A stretch of 63,689 nt of DNA, counting the filler, from Platydemus manokwari (lineage: Eukaryota): the NCBI GenBank assembly GCA_037951405.1. It is 5 parts of 5 records of this genome, joined end to end, with 100 filler letters (N's around TTAATTAATTAA, not from the genome) between each part and the next. Parts side by side here need not be neighbours in the genome. Positions count along the whole stretch, not along the records: positions 53,826 to 63,689 come from JBBMOY011195543.1; 4 more parts are not named here. One strand, 5' to 3'. The notes below the pieces were generated by a model that ran no database searches, was not told the DNA's origin, and saw only the letters and a program-made list of their open reading frames with translations. Made by a program: the position numbers and the translations under genes. Position 1 is the first letter of the stretch. Every line of letters begins with the position of its first letter. Of the stretch, positions 55,071 through 63,689 are shown piece after piece.

Positions 55071-58000
55071 ATTATATTTACATATAATCGTCCTACAAAA
55101 AACGAAAGAGCAAAAAAGAATAATTATAACAGCAACGCGACAAAATTAATTTTACTATTTGATAACTCTTTAGTCAAACGTAATGTCTTTAATAATCATA
55201 ACCATTGTTTCTAATAGTGCATTAGGCTCCGCCGAACCACTATTTAACTAAATTTTAATTTTATTAATTCTTCTCTGTATAGTTGCCGGACTATTATGTC
55301 CCAAATATCTTCGATTCACATTTAGGATCTGCAGCTCAACGCACAAGAGACTTCTAAATTCGTACAACAATACAATAGTTGCTAATTAAGAAAAATTCTA
55401 ACTAATTTTCCCTGGTTATTTGTCATACTAATAATTATTTACTGTATTTCACATTTGTAATTATAATTTATATATTCTTTTATTATTTTTATATATATTC
55501 TTATTTATTGTTTTTATTCATTTATATTTAAATTATTTTAACTGCGTCTTCAAATTCATGCATAAATTAAGAACTTAAAAACCTTCTGAAGTTTGTAACC
55601 AAACAAATCCAAGCAATAGTAAGAGGGCTCAGCTGTAAGACTGGTTTTAATATTTAATTATTTAAAATAGTCTTAAATATCATTTCCCACCACAACAAAT
55701 CTAACCACATAAAATCCAACAAAGCCTAGAATTATTCTAATTCTTTGGATTCAACCACATATGTCGAAAACCAATTATGATTCAAAAGGTACAGTCAATT
55801 ATATTCCTACAAGTAGCCAAGCATTTTTCTAAGCCTAACATTTATTTTAAAGTTACTCTGTAAAAATCATTTTTATACTTTAAAATTTTTATTTTTAAAC
55901 TCTTAAATACAAATAGAAATTTCACATTGAATCCAATTCAACTGGAGTATAAATAAATCTTAAATTTACATTAAATTAAGGAGTAGTAATGGGGCCATTA
56001 GACATAACCACCATTACACTAACAGTAAGTCATGATACACCCACATAACACCTTCCAAAAATCCTATTGTTTCATTATTATAGAATAAAAATTAAAATAG
56101 AAATTATAAATAAATTAGTGTCTAAAATTCCTACCTTGTTATTTATCTAAAATATTAGTTTTATAAAATATTGTCTTTTATAATTATTGTATTGCAATCA
56201 GATTTCAATTTTTGTATTTTAAAGAATTGTTGTATTACTAGTAATAACAATTATAATATTCAAATTGAATTACCTATTTTATTATTGATTTGTATTTTAT
56301 CAACTCATTTATTATTCTGTTTATAATATACATACAGGTATATTTTTTAAATATTTATAAAAATAATTTAGAGCACGATAGTTATTAGTTGAGAATATAA
56401 GATAGATTTAATAAATAAACAAACTCTCAATTCATTTTAATCCATACTATATTAAATCTCAAACCTAGTGAACCCAACAATTTTTTATAATTATTAAAGT
56501 TTTAGTAAAACTCAATATTTTTATTAAGTTTAATAGTAAAGAAGATTCTTTGGTGTCAGAAAGTTTAAAATTAAATTCGAGACTGATAAATACAATAGGG
56601 TTGCTGTCTTCACAAAATATTGTAATGAAAGGTGAAAATCAATATGATCATAGGTAGACTGCACATGAGGCTTTTACAGATAATTCAGAGACCGGCCAAA
56701 ACGACATTGATTCCGTATAAAAAAGATCAAAAATATTTATTAAAATAAAAAACAGGCAAAACCCAAATGGAACAAGATTTTGGCGTCGTCCCTACAAATG
56801 ATCTGATTCCTTTGAAAACACAGGTTGTGTATAAATTAATAAGAATGAAAACAAATAAGCTTTATTAATACAACAATGACTAACTATAGATATAGGGACA
56901 AATTAATGCAAAATCAATTCAATTTATATGCTACTATTTTTGAAGAAAAAGCGGTCGTACCCAAAAGAATGAAGCAGAAAAATTCTAGATTCTGGGTTTT
57001 GATACCCATTCTAGTCCAACAAAAGAAGCGGACAGTGAATTTATTTAACGACGGATGTAGATAAACGTCTTCATGCAAGTTTCCACCTATATTTTGAAAT
57101 AAATAATCAACGACTTTACTTGAGATGAATTATTGGCAAATTCTTTCAGTTATTATGATATTATGATTAAAATTACTCATTTTTTCCATTTTGTTAAATC
57201 AATTTTTTTGCAAATAAAAATGTAATTGAAAATTTTAGATTAGATTACATTTATCAAGAAGTTATTTTGAATAATATCAAATTGAATCGCAACATATTTA
57301 GGAACTGAATGACTATAAGATTAACTAATCTTAAGGCAACAGGTGTAATTTAATTTCAGTACAACTAATAAATCATGAGAAATGCACATACATAAACGAA
57401 TTCTAGTTAATGTAGAAAGAAAATTTCGCTTCATGGAACCCAATTATCAAAGCCAAAAATTCCAGAATATAGTATTCTCCCTGCTGAGTTATACAGATTG
57501 TCAATTGTAAGTATGTAAAGGTATGCAGTATTCACCGGATGTTTGGGAAAAAGCTATGACTAACATATCGTTAAAATAAAAAAGATAAGTAGCTATAACT
57601 GGGTTCATTTATATTATATTCTCAAAGTGGAATCAGATCATTATAAAACAATGTAAAATATCTAGGGAAAATTTATATTTATTCGACAAATTTATGCAGC
57701 ACTAATTGGATTTATGTTATAATGGCATTTATAAACATCCAGTTACACTAGGTATTATATACGTACACACTATAACATTGTTAAAATCAGGTTGCGTACC
57801 ATTTTAAGCTAAGTTCTTTATATTAAACCATCATGATCGAAATTATCCATTGTGGTAAAGATATTCCTTATATCAATTCTATTTTGACCTTGCATAGGCT
57901 TCGTCAATGTCCCGGAACAGAGATATAAAACTTCAGAGATTTTTAAAAATAGCTATTCATATGCATAGCTACTGAAAAAAATTAACAAATAATATTTTAA

Positions 58001-58803
58001 ATAATTCAATCAGGTTTTATTTATTACATTGAATAACTTAAAAACCAGAAAAGACATAAACATTAAAGCATTTTTGGTCAAAATAGATCAAGTTTCCTGC
58101 CGAGCTTTTAGTAAAACAAACCCAAGTAGATTAGAAACTGAGCTGCGATTTTGATTGATGATCTCAGCTCAATGAGAAAACAAAGAATTTTAATTAATAA
58201 TAATGTTATAATTATATTTGAAGTACCTTTATACCTACTAGTATAAATAGTGATAAAATATTTTAAAAATTACAAAAAATGTATGTATTTACATTGTCAA
58301 GAGTCCCAAATTGTGTACACATTAAGTCAATATTTAATTGGTTGTTAATGTTAATAAAAATTGTCTGTATAATTTGAAATAAATATAATTTTTCTCTATA
58401 AATTGTATTTGATTTGAACCTTATTAGGAACTTGATACAGATAATATTAAACAAATCGATAAATGAAAATCGGGAAACAGCACCAATGTATTCCAGAAAA
58501 CATCTAATATGTATATCCAAAAATACTTACACTTCACATTTTCATGAAAATGAAAAAGCTATATATCCACAACAAACAATGTAAAAAAATATTTCAATAA
58601 ACACACTGAAACGAAAGAGAAGAAATTCCAACCACGAAAATTCCAAAAGGAATTAAAGCAACAAAAAACTCCTAAATCGTACTAGAAAATACTGTCGGGA
58701 TAATACCCATGCAGGCTGCAAGCCTATAAATTACATAATAATATATAATACATAATAAACTGCATGATAATAAATAAAAACAGAAAACCCACATTAATTA
58801 AAA

Positions 58804-59527
58804 TGTAGGTGTGTGGGCGGAATAAGATTAATAATAGTTAAATTTTTTTGAAAAAAATAATTATTAATCCACGTTGCCTTGGCAATCCGAAATATAGTCA
58901 TAGAAATTCAAATTTAAATGCAAATTGCCTTGACAATGATGGATATTACTAAGGGAATCTATAAATCAGAAATAAAATTAATCATGCGCCCAAATTCCAA
59001 ATCCGTATAAATACTGAAGTAAAAGTCAGTATTTTCGCCACAAAAAACAACGAAGCAATTTCGAGAAAACATAATCAGCTACTCTCAATTTTCAGCTCAT
59101 AAGCTATTTTCAATTTCCAGCTCATAAGCTATTTTCAATTTCCAGCTTCAACGCTATTCTCTGATATTCAATTAATTCACATATCTCGAATTCAATCAAT
59201 ATGGTAAATTTAAACTGTTCTCACATTCATCTGATATCATTCTCCGAAAGGAGATTTGTTGTCAGTGAACATTAAACCCTCACAAAATCGTAACAGAGTT
59301 TGCGAGTCTAAAATCACTACTTCCTTAGTTTATATACCGCAGTGTGGCGCAACTTAGTTCTTTCAGGCAATTGTTATTTACTGATAAATCTTCAAGGCAC
59401 AACAGCTTACTCCTTCTAACTTTACAGCATAATACATTTGATAATATTTATTATAATAAAGTATTTGCTATTACATTATTGTATTCTTATTAATATTCCC
59501 TCATAACTCATTCACACGCAACCTATT
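58804..59527 (-). mobile_element. LTR-like unit (~720 bp)
   Basis: Ends are imperfect inverted repeats (TGTAGGTGTGTG / CACACGCAACCTA). Minus-strand GGTATATAAA TATA box at about 59329-59338. Internal 25-bp tandem duplication. Confidence 0.45.
59087..59147. repeat. 25-bp tandem repeat (~2.5 copies)
   Basis: Unit CAATTT(T/C)CAGCTCATAAGCTATTTT. Confidence 0.85.
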
Positions 59528-60890
59528 AATCTGTGAAGTTTCAGATATTGGTGGAAACATCAATCTCTAGCTCACAGCATCTCATCTAAAGACATAGCAA
59601 ATTATCAATTGAAAAATCGTTGATTCACTATTAAATAATCACCAAACAAGTTTCCATTAGGTCATTATAATAAAGTAGATATAATTGCTTGTTCTAGAGG
59701 TTTGAAATTAACTTAGAATTAAGTTTTTTCTCAACCCTATGTTTGGGTCTGATGAAGAAATTAAATAATATGCCCAACTCTCAAGTGAGCGTTATTACAT
59801 CTACAAAACGTTCTGGTTAATGAACGGTTGTAGATTTGTGTTGTAATACCTTGAAAGCCATATCCATAATTATATAAAATTATTTATGAGATAATAAACC
59901 AGCTGTAAGAGTGTAATGAGATCTCACTGATCATTTCTTGAAAATCTTTGTGATTAGCTTTGCCAGTACGGTTTGGCATACGATGGTATATTGTTAAGTA
60001 TGAATTAAATATGCTGGGGTTCAAAAAACCTAACCATATCATTTTATTACAAACCAGGTGTTCAGTCAAAGCAATATGAGTAGAAATCATCACAAAACGT
60101 GTTTATCAAAGGTTGATACATTGGTCTTAGTGAATAACAATTATTAAATTCTCGACAACCTTAAAATTTTGATAAATAGGCATACGAGATAATAAGAAAA
60201 TCAATGAAAATTTAGTTGAAACCTCTACCTAAATACTGCCAACATGTATTCATTGTATTCAAAAGTATTTAAATATAATATCGACAAAAGTCTAAACATT
60301 CAGCGATTTGCAAGGTGATTAAATTTCGATTGCTTTTTAAGGTAACTTGATTAATATATTTATCATCTGAACTAATCGATTGTTAACGGTATAATTAAAT
60401 TAGGTTTCTTAAATAGAATCAAAGATTTCTCTGGAAATTCAAACGACATCCTAATTCTCATCCACTATTACTTCAACGGTAGATTTAAAATTTCTTTGAT
60501 TACTTTATCATACCTATATAAAGGTTTTCAATCGTTATGTTTTAATTAATCTCATCTGTCATTGTGAATTACTGTCCCAACGAAGCAAATAAATAACTGA
60601 AATAGATTATGACCAAATCAAATGGTTTAAAAAACACCGCGCAACAAAGTACACCAGTGATATTTTTACATAATAATTTATAAATAGATAATCTCAAATC
60701 AAATGTAAATTTCCATTTTTTTTATTATCAAGATGAGAATTTTAAAGTTTCTGTAAATAATTTTTAATTATCTCTTGTAAATCATTAAAAAAAATACTTG
60801 AAAATATTTGTTTAAATATCGTAATGATATATATTTAAAGGTTAAACTATTTAGGTCAATTTAAGTTCTATATAATTAAATAATTCAAAA

Positions 60891-61473
60891 TAAGAAAAAA
60901 GGTCTTTTGACCTACTTTTGTCGTAATGAATTTTCGAGCATGAGATATTTTTATAAATAACTGTTTGATTTATTCTCATAATTCAGTTAATATCTCATTT
61001 TTAAAGATGCCTAATAGTGACAAAACATAGTTTTAAAAACATGTTTACATTCTAATCACAACATTTCTATGCGATTACATGAGTTTTTAAATTTAAATTT
61101 TTATAATTATAAATGGAGCTAGTTAATTACAGATATGTTTAATAATATCATTGCTTATTTTTATCAAATGACTGCAAAACTTGAGAATATCTCTCATTTT
61201 GCTTCTAATGTTAAAAAGGGCTTCTCGCTAATTTTCAAAAAATTTGCAATTCAACCCATTTTTTTCCCTTTCTTCAAATAATCAAATTTTATGAGATATT
61301 TAAGCTGTTGTCTATTTAATATTTGATTTTAAACAACTAAAATTCTTCTTAAGTAATTAAATAAAAAAATTCAAAATGTTTTTAAAGAATTTAATTAAAT
61401 AAATTATATAGATTTTTGCAATACACTCAACAAATTAAAATTTTAATTTTAGGACTTTTTTTTAACTTTAGCC
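60891..61473 (-). mobile_element. Merlin MITE (short subfamily), near full length
   Basis: TAAGAAAAAAGGTCTTTTGACCTACTTTTG... to AGGACTTTTTTTTAACTTTAGCC; reverse complement of 1788-2343. Confidence 0.88.
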
Positions 61474-62325
61474 CAAAATTTTAAATCGTTGTTTTCGATA
61501 TTTTTCAAACCAACTATTTCTTTGATTTTCGATAGCGATAATTTATTATTTCACAATAATCGATAATTTATTATTTCAAAATAATCGATTATTCATTTTT
61601 TAAAATATAATTAAAAGGAAATTGATTATCATTAAATCATCAAATAAGCCACTGAAGAGCGTTCTAAAATTGAAGTAAAAAACTGTGAATAAAAAAATGA
61701 AAAAAAATCCATGTTTTGGATTGGTTTGGGAAGATTTATGAAAAAGATTTCCGCGAATAAATTTGGAGATATAATTAGTAATTTAATTATGGAATATCTT
61801 TAACAATTGGTCTGGTAGACACATTCTTAATTTTCATTTAATTGCTATCAGTCTTTCTGTTCAATGGCTGATTAATAATCGGAATTATAATTAACATCTC
61901 TAGATTAATTAAAACAAACTTGCTGTTGAACTTTTAAATTAATTTCCAAAACCAACAATTATTGATTTTCTATAATTGTTTCTTTCTACTCATTATAAAT
62001 GACATTTTTATTCTTCTAATTATCTTTCATTTCAATCCTGAACTTTAAAAGTTGATAAGATAAAACGAAATCAATCAATTAATCCTAATTAAATAATTGA
62101 TTGTTGCGCGTTTAAATTTTTTTCCAAAACAAATAATTAATTAAATAAACAAAAATTATTGAAAATTTTTTCATTGTAATAAAATAGCAAAAAAATTCAT
62201 AAAAATAAAGAGAAAATAATAATATTGTTTCCCACTATCTTTAAATCGATAAAAATAATTCATGATTACAGAAAAAGAAACAGAGATTCTAATGTTGCTA
62301 AGTCACCTTGTGAAATTGAATGATT

Positions 62326-62400
62326 CTGATTGGCTGTGAAATCAAATCAATGACTATAAGAGCTAATTTTAGAAATGCAATCGTCATTGTTATTATAAAT
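62326..62400 (+). promoter_or_regulatory. Putative Pol II core promoter (inverted CCAAT box plus TATA-like boxes)
   Basis: CTGATTGGCTG at about 62326, CTATAAGAG at 62354 and TATAAAT at 62394, upstream of the ATG at 62417. Confidence 0.45.
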
Positions 62401-62416
62401 CACACATAGTTGTCGA

Positions 62417-62582
62417 ATGAGTGGAAATTTGCATTTAAAAATTGTTTTACATGGCGAAAACGGACTTTCTGTTACCCATTTAGATATAGAAAGGAATCAG
62501 GTCAATTACAACAAATTACGAGAGTCACTGGATAATTTATTGAATATTTCTCAACAATCGACAATCAGTCTTCATTGTTCAA
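62417..62582 (+). CDS. Probable first coding exon of a gene with an N-terminal PB1/ubiquitin-like domain (remainder not found in window)
   Basis: MSGNLHLKIVLHGENGLSVTHLDIERNQVNYNKLRESLDNLLNISQQSTISLHCS followed by a strong donor A|GTAAG. The beta-beta-alpha-beta pattern with a Lys in the first strand resembles PB1. Promoter-like motifs lie upstream. Confidence 0.5.
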
Positions 62583-62929
62583 GTAAGCAATTCAATTTTG
62601 AGTTTTAAAGCATTGAAATTAGTTTATATCGATTAATATTAAATAAACGATAGATTAATCATTAATTGGCACAATTGTAATTTGTTCCTCTTTTAATTTT
62701 TCATCAAATATTTCTCTAATATTTCAATAATCGATATGGTAAAGGGCCGCCAATTTATTAGATTAAAACAGCGATTTATTTGTGTTCTATTCTATTATCG
62801 ATAATCGATATTTTTTATATTTGACCTCATTTCTGCCCTTCATTTTTTATTATTATTCAATGTTAACAATTTTGGTACAAATTATTAATTTTTGTAGTCC
62901 GATTTTCCACAATAAAATACGAGCTGGAA

Positions 62930-63663
62930 TTTTTTAATAAAATGACAAATATTTGGTTTTCCTCATAATCAATTTCATCCCCTCATCAGAATACGCCTTA
63001 CGTCATCTTATTTTAATTCTCAAAGTAGTTTTTAAAGTCTTGTTGCGGAATGACTTGCAAAACCTCATTTTATTCGACAAATGTCTTCTCAAAACGGTAT
63101 CCTCAACCAATATTAATGATTAGCTAGAAGTTATACTGTACTAAGTCAGACAAATAATGTGGTTGTGGTACGATATGAATTGAATTTCGATGTAAGTATC
63201 GAAGAACCAATGCAAAAATCAAGATTTATCTCCTGGTAATTCCGTTCTCTTGAGACGAATAGCTCCTCACAAATGAGGCATAACACCTAAACAATATTCC
63301 TTCTTAATAATTTGTCCTAGAGGAGGAAATTCATTTCGCACAACATCGTAATAATAAATATAAAACCGTTAACGTGACCTTGAATAAAAGTATTCGTTTG
63401 ATTGGTCTGTTGTTTCCAAATCTCGTTCAAGTCGCATCTCCCGTGATTTGTACATTTAGCGCTACTTCTTTGCTCAACAAAATCAGGCATTGTAAAAATC
63501 AAAACAAGTTTTTTCTGGATTGATAATGATAAGCGAATTTTTTAACCAATGACCCCCAAAAACACGATATTTGACACTGATAGCATAGGCAGAACTCCCA
63601 ACCAAAAAAGGTATTCGATAAACCGATAAATGAAGAATTCCTTGTCAGACTTGATCACAGTAA
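62930..63663 (-). mobile_element. Mariner (DD34D, irritans-like) element, internally deleted and decayed
   Basis: Fragments MPDFVEQRSSAK (ATG 63490), ITGDAT* (ITGDETW), DLETTDQSNEY, VVRNEFPPLGQIIKKEYCLGVMPHL*GAIRLKRTEL..KS*FLH, IVPQPHYLSDL (PQPPYSPDL) and a terminal, frameshifted EGDEIDYEE. Confidence 0.85.
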
Positions 63664-63666
63664 TAT

Positions 63667-63689
63667 ACACACACACACACACACACACA
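63667..63689. repeat. (CA)n microsatellite at window end
   Basis: AC dinucleotide run. Confidence 0.9.

Noticed and set aside
57700-57920. TMDNFDHDG, resembling a DNFD-type transposase motif
   Set aside because: An isolated short match followed by multiple stops, with no supporting motifs.
62965-62995. Minus-strand CTGATGAGGGGATGAAA as a minimal hammerhead core
   Set aside because: It is the decayed EGDEID C-terminus of the mariner transposase, and stems I and III cannot form.

Overview
This is strongly AT-rich eukaryotic (animal) genomic DNA, not prokaryotic. It consists of five contigs joined by artificial 100-nt spacers (44 N + TTAATTAATTAA + 44 N). The 40-51-nt introns, AT richness and transposon mix suggest a flatworm such as a planarian, but that is inference. 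One gene can be fully reconstructed: a six-exon COQ5 methyltransferase (13650-14838). There is also an intronless 329-aa orphan ORF with beta-propeller-like repeats (30584-31573, minus), the probable first exon of a PB1/ubiquitin-like-domain gene (62417-62582), and several decayed pseudogenes. Most interpretable sequence is transposon-derived. (i) About 13 copies or fragments of one Merlin (IS1016/IS1595-like) DNA transposon family form a deletion series, from a copy carrying an intron-containing transposase remnant down to ~560-600-bp MITEs. (ii) Four copies of a ~450-620-bp TRIM-like miniature LTR retroelement. (iii) An intact hAT MITE with a perfect 8-bp TSD. (iv) Tc1/mariner remnants. (v) Ty3/gypsy gag and integrase remnants and 700-800-bp LTR-like units. 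The most unusual observations are a recurring architecture in which a TATA box sits in the loop of an inverted repeat whose arms differ at each site, an LTR-like unit with long inverted ends and a same-orientation ('flip/flop'-like) terminal hairpin loop, and a degenerate hammerhead-ribozyme-like motif. All calls were made by eye; no database searches were run.
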